Of a stretch of 48,455 bases of DNA, positions 1-7,894 are shown piece after piece (position 1 is the stretch's first letter; each line of letters opens with the position of its first letter). The stretch is from Candidatus Methylomirabilis oxygeniifera (lineage in GTDB: Bacteria; Methylomirabilota; Methylomirabilia; Methylomirabilales; Methylomirabilaceae): assembly GCA_016190285.1 (NCBI GenBank), contig JACPQW010000064.1:1-48455 (forward strand), given 5' to 3'. A program made the position numbers and the translations under genes. The notes below the pieces were generated by a model. That model saw nothing but the letters and a program-made list of their open reading frames with translations, searched no databases and had not been told where the DNA came from.

Positions 1-52
1 CTGTGGGGCCCATGACCCACTCAGAGACGGGACGCCGTAGCGGCTGGTTGTT

Positions 53-1297
53 TTATTTGCCATACAACAGCTCCCCAACGCGGTGCCGGTTCATCAGCCG
101 ATCGTCAGCCTGCATGATGTTCCAGAGGATGCTCCCATCCCGCTCCAGCCTGACGACGACCAACAGATTCCGCGACCCTGATCCCGTGAAGGCGCCGATG
201 TACTGCTTCCGGAGCCCGTCCCCATACGCCGTCAGCCAGATCTCATGCGGATCCTGCAGCGTCGGCAGGATGTAGCGTGCATACCGCTCTCGCGCCTCGT
301 CCCGCTTCGCGACCATGTGCGGCAGCCGGTCGCGGTGAATCACCGCCAGGTCGCCATCCTTCGTCGGGACGGTCACGAAGGCTCGGTCGTCTGTGATCCC
401 CACCGTCTCGGCGAGGATCCGGACCGCCTCATCGGCCGTACCGGCCGCCGCCAGTCGTCCCGGATCACGGAATCGTACGGTCTCCGGAATGGCGCGCCAA
501 TCGGGCCGCCCCAACTCGCGCCAGGTCGGCTGACCCGGCAGCACCGTCTGGCTGCCCGGCGTCGTCTGCCACAATACCGACGCCTGGCCGGGGTTATACG
601 CCCAGCCGGGGTCGATCCCGCGCGGGACCGTGATCACCTCGCCGGTGTGCGGGTTGGTGTACTCGAACGTCCCGTGATCGGGACGACGGCTCAGTGCCCC
701 GCCATGATCCCGATCCAGCTCCCCCTTGCTGACCGAGACCACCGAACATCTGCACAGCCAGCCGTTCGGTGGGTAATGGGTGCTCCACCAGGGATCATCG
801 GCCGGCAGGATCGTGCCGTGCCAGGCCCGATGCATCGGCCGCGTCCGGCTGTCGAGGACCGCCACATATCTCCAGTAGGGCCGCGCCTGGAGCACGGCCG
901 GGTCGGTCATCGCCCGGTAATGCCCCACCTGCAGCGCGGTCTGGATGTTGGTCTGAAAGATCGTGTTCAGCCGGTGCGGCGAGCCGAGTTGCACACTCTC
1001 ACCGCGCACCTGCTGCCGTCCCCACCAGCCTTTGGCCTGCAGGATCGGCGTGAGCTGTTTTTTGAACTCCTGATAGGTCGTCCCCTCCGCCAGCGCCCGA
1101 TCCAGCTCGGCCCGGATGTCCTGCAGGATGTCCGTCCGCATCGCCTTGGCCACTGTGAACGCCTTGACGTGATCCTCCTGCCACATCTCCTGCCATCGGA
1201 ATGTGGTCCGAAACCCTTTGCGTCGCAGGGACGCGATCGCGTCCTCCGGCGGCAGCGGCTGCAGTGTGATCCCCGGCGGCACTGTCGGCTCAGGCAT
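53..1297 (-). CDS. Mu gpF/gp30-like minor head protein with C-terminal PBECR-like nuclease domain
   Basis: MuF motifs (AFTVAKAM, RLNTIFQTN, YWRYVAVLDSRTRPMH, PPNGWLCRC). C-terminal HMVAKRDEARERYARYILPTLQDPHEIW resembles PBECR2. ATG at 1297 overlaps the portal stop region. Confidence 0.85.
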   Translation of the reverse strand: MPEPTVPPGITLQPLPPEDAIASLRRKGFRTTFRWQEMWQEDHVKAFTVAKAMRTDILQDIRAELDRALAEGTTYQEFKKQLTPILQAKGWWGRQQVRGESVQLGSPHRLNTIFQTNIQTALQVGHYRAMTDPAVLQARPYWRYVAVLDSRTRPMHRAWHGTILPADDPWWSTHYPPNGWLCRCSVVSVSKGELDRDHGGALSRRPDHGTFEYTNPHTGEVITVPRGIDPGWAYNPGQASVLWQTTPGSQTVLPGQPTWRELGRPDWRAIPETVRFRDPGRLAAAGTADEAVRILAETVGITDDRAFVTVPTKDGDLAVIHRDRLPHMVAKRDEARERYARYILPTLQDPHEIWLTAYGDGLRKQYIGAFTGSGSRNLLVVVRLERDGSILWNIMQADDRLMNRHRVGELLYGK

Positions 1298-2885
1298 GGA
1301 CCCGTCCCCAGGCATCGGCCGCAAAGATCGCCCGCGCCAGCAGCTCCGTCACAGCCGCGTCGTCCATCTCCGGATAGGCCGAGAGCAGCCGCCCACGGGC
1401 CTCCTCCAGCGTGGCCGACCCCTCGATGATGGCGCGAACCGGGGCCAGCAGCGGCTCGACGAGCGATTGCCAGTTCTGTACGGCATCAATCGCCAGTGCA
1501 TCAACGGGGGCCTGTTCCGCGATCACGTCCGCGTCGACCGCCTGCTGCGCCAGCGCCAGCGTCTTCAGGGCTGACGGCTGATGGCTGACCGCTGATCGCT
1601 GCCCTCCCACCGTCGCCTCGCCGTCTTTGGGCGCCCGGATCCCGAACCGCTCCTGCGCGACCGCCAGCGGGATCGCCGGGCCGAAGCCGGCCTCCACCAG
1701 CGTCTTGAGCGTCGTCGCCTCCTGGCCCTGGTCGCGCGGTTCCTCAATCTCGAAGGCAAAGCGGGGGACCGGGACGTCCCAGCCGTGGTTGAATCCCACC
1801 AGCGGGCGGAGGATCTGCGTCGTGATCGTCTCGGCCAGCGCCGTCGCGTCGGCCTCCATCAGGTCAAAGCGGACCTCGTCATGCACCTGGGCCGCCGCGA
1901 GCGATCCCACCGAGCCCACGTCGGACGTCAGTGTCTGGCCCAGGACGGCCTGCGCCATCTCCTTGTTGAGGAGATTCACGAACCGCTCGAAGATGTCGGC
2001 GCTGGCGGTCTTGATCGCCTCGATGAATTCGATCTCCGTGCTGGAGGAGATGATCCCGGCCGCGTCGTGGCCGATCGACCGGACCGCGAGCAGCAGGGCG
2101 TCGCGGTCCTCTTTGCTGGCGCCCGGCTGGTACTTGCCGAGGCGCAGCGGCATGCCGTACACCTCGAGGAACGCCGCCCAGTCCTTGATGTCGTAGTGCT
2201 TGAACAGATACAGCCAGGCGCAGGTTCGCATCAGTCCGGCCCGTATCGCCGATCCGCCCGCCGCCCGATACCGGTGCACGACGAACTTCCAGGCCGGCAG
2301 GTCGATGCCGAAGACCGGCTCCTGGTCGGTCAGCAGTCGGGGGATCGCCGGCATCGGCTCCCCTGCGCGTGGCAGGTAGGTCAGTCGCCGCTGCGGGACC
2401 TCCACCACATCGCGGATCACCAGGGCGCGCCCCTCGCCGCTCCAGAGCAGTTCCGTCGCCCCGTAGCCGTGCGGAACCGCCGTCAGCAGGTGCGCGATGA
2501 CCCGCCGCAGCGTCATCGCCTCTACCTGCTCCGTCGCCTCCTCGGCCAGGGCCTTGGCCTGCGCGCTGTCGTCGGCAGGCTCAATCCGCCAGTCCAGCCC
2601 CTCGACGGCCATCCGCCGCGTCTGGAAGAGCGAGCACAGCTTGCCGTCGCGCTCCAGCATCTCCTCGAACAGCTCCGCCTGGCGCGCGACATCGCCCTGA
2701 TCGGCCTCCTTCAGGATCGCCGCCAGTCGCTCGGGCGTCAGCCCATGGGCCGGGTAGGCGTACCAGAGGTCGCGAATCGACGCGAGCGTCAGCCGCTCCG
2801 GATCCGGCCGCGCAGCCGCGCCAATCGGCCGCCCGAACTGGTCCAGCAACCCTGACCGCTGCTCGCTGACCGCTGCTCGCTGCAT
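1290..2885 (-). CDS. Mu gp29-like portal protein (DUF935)
   Basis: LLDQFGRPI N-terminus; WAAFLEVYGMPLRLGKY, AVLGQTLTS and AQVHDEVR motifs; lies between TerL and MuF. Confidence 0.92.
   Translation of the reverse strand: MQRAAVSEQRSGLLDQFGRPIGAAARPDPERLTLASIRDLWYAYPAHGLTPERLAAILKEADQGDVARQAELFEEMLERDGKLCSLFQTRRMAVEGLDWRIEPADDSAQAKALAEEATEQVEAMTLRRVIAHLLTAVPHGYGATELLWSGEGRALVIRDVVEVPQRRLTYLPRAGEPMPAIPRLLTDQEPVFGIDLPAWKFVVHRYRAAGGSAIRAGLMRTCAWLYLFKHYDIKDWAAFLEVYGMPLRLGKYQPGASKEDRDALLLAVRSIGHDAAGIISSSTEIEFIEAIKTASADIFERFVNLLNKEMAQAVLGQTLTSDVGSVGSLAAAQVHDEVRFDLMEADATALAETITTQILRPLVGFNHGWDVPVPRFAFEIEEPRDQGQEATTLKTLVEAGFGPAIPLAVAQERFGIRAPKDGEATVGGQRSAVSHQPSALKTLALAQQAVDADVIAEQAPVDALAIDAVQNWQSLVEPLLAPVRAIIEGSATLEEARGRLLSAYPEMDDAAVTELLARAIFAADAWGRVHA
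1570..1601. repeat. Heptamer tandem repeat (GCTGAYS x4.5) inside the portal C-terminal region
   Basis: gctgacg gctgatg gctgacc gctgatc gctg; translated as QRSAVSHQPSA. Confidence 0.85.
2851..2882. repeat. Heptamer tandem repeat at the portal N-terminus
   Basis: cctgacc gctgctc gctgacc gctgctc gctg; translated as QRAAVSEQRSG. Confidence 0.8.
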
Positions 2886-2887
2886 GT

Positions 2888-4540
2888 CTACCACCCGCAT
2901 CCTGCCCCTGTCCGGAACCCGCCGAACACCATCGCCGGCTCACGCGTCTCGCCGTGCCGCCGGTTGAAGGCGTCGTCATCCTCGCGTGAGCCGCGCCAGA
3001 CCGACCGGGCGGCGCTCGTGTACTCGACCGGCCCCCATTCCAGCCCCGTCGCAAACCAGGCCAGCGCCCCCGCGATGGCCGAGTCGCCGTGCCGCTGGCC
3101 GCCGTCGGCGCCCTGCGTATGCGCGCCATCCGGGACCTTCGCGATCCCCTTGTCCAGCTTCAGCGCCCGGTGATCGTCCACCACGTCGCTATGGCGCGGC
3201 AGCCGGAGTGCGCGATCCTCGAAGGCGGCCTTGTAGCGCGGCATCTGCTCCCGGTACCACTCCGGCGACAGCATCACCGGCTGGATCCGGGTCCCGTACC
3301 GCTGCTGCGCGACCTCGGCCAGATATTGCCCGTTCCCCCGCGCATCCATCGCCCCCGACCATCGCCCCGGCAGCCGGTCCAGGAGGAAGAACAGGACCTG
3401 CTCCTGCTGACGGAACGGCACGTTGCGCAGTTCGACGAGCGCGATCGCTCGCCAGATCAGATCCACCTGCCGTTGCAAGACCAGGATGGCGGTCAGGTCG
3501 CCGGATCGGGCGAAGTCCTCGCCCATCACCAGCGGCTGGTGTGGATCGATCTTTGGGATCCGCGGCGCGATCTGCTCCAGACACCACGCCTCGGCCTCGG
3601 CCTGGCGGAGCAATTCCGGTTGCAACGCGAACTCGTCCTCACAGCGCCAGCGCAGGATTGGAATCTCGGGCTCCAGGCACGATTCGACCAGCGCCCGGTT
3701 CAGATAGGCGCCGGAGCCTCGGGACGGGATCACGAACAGCTCTTCGGCCGCGTCGTCGCCATAGGCATCGACCAGATCCGCGCGCCAGGCGCTTTCCGCC
3801 TCGGCGGTCCAGGTCCGGCCCAATGTCGCGCAGATCCGCCGGTACAGGCCTTGCGCCAGTGCATCGTCCAGCGTCACGCGATGCAGGCTGTAGGGCTTTT
3901 TGCCGGCGCGGATCTCGGTGATCAATTCGTTAAAGGGGTTCTCGTCGCCGTTGTGGGTCGAGATGACCGCGACCCGGCCGCCCCACATCAGCAGCGCGAG
4001 CGCGGCCTTCAGCAGGCCCGGCAGATCGGGATGGAAGGCGGCTTCATCGATCACGACTTTGCCGCCCTTGCCGCGCAGGTTCGAGGGCCGGGAGGAGAGC
4101 GCCGTGACCCGGTGTCCCGAGGCGTAGGTAATGCGATACGCAAGGATCGCTTTGTCCTCGTCCTCGATGACGCATTCCTCGCAGGCGCCCGCCGCGAGCT
4201 GGTAGTGCGTCGACCACATCGCGCAGTCGCTGATAAATTCCAGCGCCATCTCTTTGTTGTAGCCGAGATACCAGACGTCCATCCCCTTGGCGCTGGCCGC
4301 GAGGAGGGCGTCGTCGGCGGCCTCCGCCCAGGAGATGCCGACGCGGCGCGACTTTTCGATGACCTTCACCGGCGCCGGATCCGCGACCCAGGCCTGTTGA
4401 TACGGCAGCAGCACAGGTCCCGACTGCCCCCTCACCTTCATCCTCTCCCCCGATGGGGGCGAGGAGGTCCTTTTCTTCTTCCCCTCTCCCCTGGCGGGAG
4501 AGGGTGAGGGTGAGGGGGATGTGTTACGCTTTGACGCCAA
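2888..4540 (-). CDS. Terminase large subunit (Mu gp28-like)
   Basis: LLPYQQAW, EKSRRVGISW, VVIDEAAFH, ISTHNG, GEDFARSGDL and HGDSAIA motifs; TTG start preceded by AAGGAG. Confidence 0.93.
   Translation of the reverse strand: MASKRNTSPSPSPSPARGEGKKKRTSSPPSGERMKVRGQSGPVLLPYQQAWVADPAPVKVIEKSRRVGISWAEAADDALLAASAKGMDVWYLGYNKEMALEFISDCAMWSTHYQLAAGACEECVIEDEDKAILAYRITYASGHRVTALSSRPSNLRGKGGKVVIDEAAFHPDLPGLLKAALALLMWGGRVAVISTHNGDENPFNELITEIRAGKKPYSLHRVTLDDALAQGLYRRICATLGRTWTAEAESAWRADLVDAYGDDAAEELFVIPSRGSGAYLNRALVESCLEPEIPILRWRCEDEFALQPELLRQAEAEAWCLEQIAPRIPKIDPHQPLVMGEDFARSGDLTAILVLQRQVDLIWRAIALVELRNVPFRQQEQVLFFLLDRLPGRWSGAMDARGNGQYLAEVAQQRYGTRIQPVMLSPEWYREQMPRYKAAFEDRALRLPRHSDVVDDHRALKLDKGIAKVPDGAHTQGADGGQRHGDSAIAGALAWFATGLEWGPVEYTSAARSVWRGSREDDDAFNRRHGETREPAMVFGGFRTGAGCGW
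4427..4518. repeat. Inverted pair of boxC/REP-like palindromic elements within the terL 5' end
   Basis: 4427-4467 ccccctcaccttcatcctctcccccgatgggggcgaggagg and, in the opposite orientation, 4481-4518 cccctctcccctggcgggagagggtgagggtgaggggg. Confidence 0.85.
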
Positions 4541-4943
4541 GGATCGACTCCTTGATCGTGGCGACGACCTCGTCGGTCAGTCCCGACGCCTTCGCCGCGC
4601 TCGCCACTTCTTCAACCACCGCCGGCGCCTCGATCCGCGAGGGTTCGAGGGCGAGGCCCGTGAGGGCCGACCGCAGCGCGTGGATCCGCTGCGGATCACA
4701 TTCGCCGCGATTCAGTTCATCCAGGACGTGTTCCGCCAGCTTCCGGACGATCTTGCGCAACACGTCGCGCAAGCAGCCCCGTTCCACCAGATAGGCCCGC
4801 CGGTCGGCCTCCCAGTCGCCGTCCTTCTTCCAGGCGACCAGCGTAGTCGGCGACACCTGGAGGCTTTTCCCGACGTCGGCCAGCGTCATCCCCTGCTCAA
4901 CATAGAGCTGGCGCGCCTCCTCGTAGAGCGCGGCCTTTTTCAC
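4524..4943 (-). CDS. Terminase small subunit-like HTH protein (DUF1804-like)
   Basis: ARQLYVEQGMTLADVGKSLQVSPTTLVAWKKDGDW HTH; immediately upstream of TerL. Confidence 0.8.
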   Translation of the reverse strand: MKKAALYEEARQLYVEQGMTLADVGKSLQVSPTTLVAWKKDGDWEADRRAYLVERGCLRDVLRKIVRKLAEHVLDELNRGECDPQRIHALRSALTGLALEPSRIEAPAVVEEVASAAKASGLTDEVVATIKESILGVKA

Positions 4944-5188
4944 GCGAGCCCCAGCGCCTCGCGGCAGTGCGCGATGATCTCCCGCTGCGCCGCGGCCTCC
5001 TGGGCAATCCGGTGCAGCGACTCGGCGGCCGCCAGGATCTCCGCCGTCCGGAGATCCCCGAGCGCCAACGTGGGCAGCGACCGCATGCGGAGCAGCAGCA
5101 CCTGGCCGTCGGCCTCCCGCTCCAGCGTTTTCATCGCCCGCTCCGCCTCGGCGAGCTGGCCGTGCAACAGCATCCGTTCCTGGTTCAT
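4940..5188 (-). CDS. Hypothetical phage protein (coiled coil)
   Basis: Start and stop overlap both neighbours (ATGA/GTGA coupling); GAGGGGG SD. Confidence 0.7.
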   Translation of the reverse strand: MNQERMLLHGQLAEAERAMKTLEREADGQVLLLRMRSLPTLALGDLRTAEILAAAESLHRIAQEAAAQREIIAHCREALGLA

Positions 5189-5499
5189 ACGCCCCCTCGC
5201 TCGTTGCATCGCGTCATGCGCCGGTCCCAGGTGTCGATCCGATCACACAGTTTCGTCATGACCTGGGTGTTGTAGGTCAGGTGCTCCGTCAGGGCCGAGC
5301 CCGGCTCCAGCCGCTCGATGAGCTGCGTCAGCGCCGTCGCCGTCTTGGTGAGCGCGGCCCCCTGGTCCGTGACCACCTGCTCGTAGCCTTTGATGATGTC
5401 GTCCAGCTTGCGTCGTTCTTTCAGCTCGCGCAGGATGAAATAAATCAGCGCGGCCGCCGGCCCCGCCCACTTCAGGAGTTCGGCAATCTGGGTGTCCAT
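5185..5499 (-). CDS. Single-TM coiled-coil phage protein
   Basis: AAGGAGG SD; N-terminal TM WAGPAAALIYFIL followed by helical region. Confidence 0.75.
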   Translation of the reverse strand: MDTQIAELLKWAGPAAALIYFILRELKERRKLDDIIKGYEQVVTDQGAALTKTATALTQLIERLEPGSALTEHLTYNTQVMTKLCDRIDTWDRRMTRCNERGGV

Positions 5500-5522
5500 A
5501 GCCTCCTTGTGTGTCTCCGCCC

Positions 5523-5705
5523 CTACCTGGTGAGCGTGCCCGGCCGGTCGGTGTTGACGACCGGCGCCGGTCGGCCCGTGGGCATCCGCATGGCCGGCGG
5601 TGCGTGGACACAGCCTGTCAGCGTGATCGCGATCAGCGCCGCCGCTACGAGCCGGTCGCGGCGTCCATCAGCTCGATCAGATTGGCCAGTGGAATGTTGA
5701 GACAC
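5523..5705 (-). CDS. Small Pro-rich lipoprotein, o-spanin-like (start uncertain)
   Basis: RRDRLVAAALIAITLTGC lipobox followed by a short Pro-rich mature peptide; overlaps the upstream gene in the lysis cluster. Confidence 0.55.
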   Translation of the reverse strand: MSQHSTGQSDRADGRRDRLVAAALIAITLTGCVHAPPAMRMPTGRPAPVVNTDRPGTLTR

Positions 5706-5947
5706 GGCGCCCCCTCGTAATAGATCGATGGCGTGATGCCCTGCTTCGCGCACAGCGTCTGGATCTCGGCGTACAGCGTCCGATACGCCTCCGCGGCTTT
5801 GTCGGCGTCGGTGCTGAACAGCCGGTTGGCCAGTGCGGCGCGGTCGATGTAGGTGTTGATCTCGGCTGCGTCAGTGGATTTTTTCGCGGCAAACGCCGCG
5901 AGCTGCAACCCCGCGCTGATCGCCGGAATCACCGCCGCGTTGATCAC
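5645..5947 (-). CDS. Hypothetical lysis-region protein (possible i-spanin position)
   Basis: GTG just after the holin stop; hydrophobic N-terminus VINAAVIPAISAGLQLAAFAA then helical region with two Cys. Confidence 0.6.
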   Translation of the reverse strand: MINAAVIPAISAGLQLAAFAAKKSTDAAEINTYIDRAALANRLFSTDADKAAEAYRTLYAEIQTLCAKQGITPSIYYEGAPCLNIPLANLIELMDAATGS

Positions 5948-5954
5948 GTCGCGC

Positions 5955-6128
5955 CTACTCCACCTTCGAGATGGCGCTCCGTAGCGCAATCGCGCCGCCG
6001 AAGCCGAGGGCCGCCATGGCCTGCGTGGCGATGTCCGTGCCGATGACCCCAAACAGCCAGAGCCCGACCACCACCAGTCCCGCTCCGCTCACCAGGTAGG
6101 TTTTTTTGCCGGACAAAAAGTTCAGCAC
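5955..6128 (-). CDS. Holin-like 57-aa two-TM protein (not in the ORF track)
   Basis: AGGAGGAG SD, GTG start; MLNFLSGKKTYLVSGAGLVVVGLWLFGVIGTDIATQAMAALGFGGAIALRSAISKVE with GKKTY motif and two hydrophobic segments. Confidence 0.75.
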   Translation of the reverse strand: MLNFLSGKKTYLVSGAGLVVVGLWLFGVIGTDIATQAMAALGFGGAIALRSAISKVE

Positions 6129-6201
6129 TGTGCTCCTCCTGTGTTATGCGGGGGCTGGCGGCCCCGCTGTGGAGCCGCCAGTGATCCCCTTTGATTAGCG
6201 C

Positions 6202-6330
6202 CTAGCGCGGCGCGTCGTCGTCAGTGCCCAGGCATCGCGTCACCAGCCACCCGATGCCGTATCCGATCCAGAGCAGGCACGCGGTGATCCCGCCGATGCC
6301 CAGGACGCGGATCACGTCTACGCCCGTCAT
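6202..6330 (-). CDS. Small membrane peptide (42 aa)
   Basis: ATGA overlap with the upstream gene; MTGVDVIRVLGIGGITACLLWIGYGIGWLV. Confidence 0.55.
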   Translation of the reverse strand: MTGVDVIRVLGIGGITACLLWIGYGIGWLVTRCLGTDDDAPR

Positions 6331-6746
6331 GTGGCGCCCTTGCCCGGCCGCTCCAGGATCGTCAGCCAGACCGGCCCGTGTGCCGTCGCCTCCTTCAGCC
6401 GCTCGAACAGCGGACTGAACGCCTTGCGGCTGTTGTTCACGCGGTCGGGGCCCATCGTCGTCCCGACCAGAATGCACCCTGCCGTATCGTCGCAGGTGTT
6501 GCCGGCGTGGATCCGCACCCCGTCGAAGCCGGGGACGTCCAGCAGCAGCGGCAGCAGCCGCTTGAATCGTTGGGACTCGGTGATCGTCACCTGATAGCGG
6601 CCCGCCGGAATCGCGGTCTCGCCCGAAATCTTCCGCCCGTTCTGGACGGCGTCCTCCAGCGTGAAGCAGACCCGCTCGTCGTCGATCAGCAACTCGCCGA
6701 TCGTCGAGTGCCGGGTGCACCACCGCCGGATCAGCGTGAGTCTCAT
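6327..6746 (-). CDS. DUF5675-family protein, putative L,D-peptidase-like endolysin
   Basis: STIGEL, CFTLED, ETAIPAGRY and IHAGNTCDDTAGCILVG (His...Cys YkuD-like motif); next to the holin. Confidence 0.85.
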   Translation of the reverse strand: MRLTLIRRWCTRHSTIGELLIDDERVCFTLEDAVQNGRKISGETAIPAGRYQVTITESQRFKRLLPLLLDVPGFDGVRIHAGNTCDDTAGCILVGTTMGPDRVNNSRKAFSPLFERLKEATAHGPVWLTILERPGKGAT

Positions 6747-7573
6747 TCGTCCACCGCCAGCGCCGTCACGCGGCAGCCGGTGTCCAGGGTGAGCCGGACG
6801 AGCACATCCTCACCGACGAGGCGCACGTCGCCCCCACATCGCCAGGGCGAGACCTGCCACGGCGTCAGACGCACGCCGTCCGGCGTCCATCGGAACGCGG
6901 CCACCGTGGCCCACTCGGTGGATGATCCCGGCGGGGTGGCGCCGAACCACGCGGTCATCAGCGCGGCCTGATTCGCCGGGTGGGGGTTGCCCTGCGCCCA
7001 GCGCGCGGCCGCGAGTCGCCACACGCCGGCCGAGTCGGCCAGCCATTGATTCCCCATCGAGGCCACGAATTCCTGCGGCGCATCGCGGAAAAAACAGGGC
7101 GGGGCGCCTGAACGCAGATAGTGCGCCGGCTCACACCCCGCCTCGGCGATCAGCCTCGTCGCCCACTCGTTGAGCCAGGGACGGTGTCTCGCTGCCGTGA
7201 CCGGCAGATGGTGGGTCAATTCGTGACTACAGATGCTCCAAAACCCAGTGGGACGGATATGCGGTCCGGGCAGGTCTGCCGGGAACGGGTCTTCAGTCCA
7301 GCCATCGGCTCCCGACACGCAGTTGATCGCGCTCGGAGCCGCCGGATCGAACCCCTGTCCATCCAGCGTGATCTGCTCCAGGCTCGCCCACAGCGGGCGC
7401 GGCACGGTCGTGACGAGACGCCAGAGCTCCGTGCGATTGGCCGGGGTGAGGGCGGCCTCGTTGCCGATGGTCAGGCCGACGGTGCCCCAGTCGGCGCCGA
7501 GGGCCTCTGTGGCGAGCATCACGCCGCAGAGCCAGACGACGGCGGCACGGCGGCAGATCTGTCGCGTAGGCAT
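6743..7573 (-). CDS. Secreted protein with HExxH zinc-metallopeptidase motif
   Basis: Signal-like N-terminus (RRAAVVWLCGVMLATEALGA); SHELTHH followed by QEFVAS; many Cys; ATGA-coupled to the DUF5675 gene. Confidence 0.65.
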   Translation of the reverse strand: MPTRQICRRAAVVWLCGVMLATEALGADWGTVGLTIGNEAALTPANRTELWRLVTTVPRPLWASLEQITLDGQGFDPAAPSAINCVSGADGWTEDPFPADLPGPHIRPTGFWSICSHELTHHLPVTAARHRPWLNEWATRLIAEAGCEPAHYLRSGAPPCFFRDAPQEFVASMGNQWLADSAGVWRLAAARWAQGNPHPANQAALMTAWFGATPPGSSTEWATVAAFRWTPDGVRLTPWQVSPWRCGGDVRLVGEDVLVRLTLDTGCRVTALAVDE

Positions 7574-7585
7574 GGGGCGATGATA
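7574..7585 (-). promoter_or_regulatory. Putative late-promoter -10 element giving a leaderless transcript
   Basis: TATCAT 6 nt before the ATG at 7573; pyrimidine-rich upstream sequence with no SD and no -35. Confidence 0.5.
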
Positions 7586-7653
7586 GCGGAGGGAGGCGGG
7601 GAGGGATGACGACGAAGTCGACTACTGAGAAGGAAAACGGGGCGGGGCAGGAT

Positions 7654-7836
7654 TTATTTCAGTGTGAAATCGGACGGCGAATCGACGGCGCTCACCGGGA
7701 TCCGGTAGACCGCGCCGATCTGGACAGCCGGCAGCGTGCCGTCCTCGATCCGGCGATACACCGTCGCGAGGCTCACCCGCAGGATCGCGGCCACCTCATC
7801 GGGCCGGTAGTAGCGCTTCTGTGGCGTCTCCGTCAT
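7654..7836 (-). CDS. Excisionase/MerR-like HTH (HTH_17) protein in the late-activator position
   Basis: YYRPDEVAAILRVSLATVYRRIEDGTLPAVQIGAVYRIP; CAGGAGGG SD. Confidence 0.85.
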   Translation of the reverse strand: MTETPQKRYYRPDEVAAILRVSLATVYRRIEDGTLPAVQIGAVYRIPVSAVDSPSDFTLK

Positions 7837-7855
7837 GCGTCCCTCCTGTGTGTGT

Positions 7856-7888
7856 GGAGGGGCGGGGGATCGCCTCCCCCGCCCCTCC
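7856..7888. other. Perfect 14-bp-stem hairpin without U-tract
   Basis: ggaggggcggggga-tcgcc-tcccccgcccctcc, between the antirepressor stop and the HTH gene SD. Confidence 0.8.
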
Positions 7889-7894
7889 GGTGCA

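Noticed and set aside
7654-7836. True excisionase implying site-specific integration
   Set aside because: No tyrosine/serine integrase; the element has a DDE transposase, so a regulatory role is more plausible.
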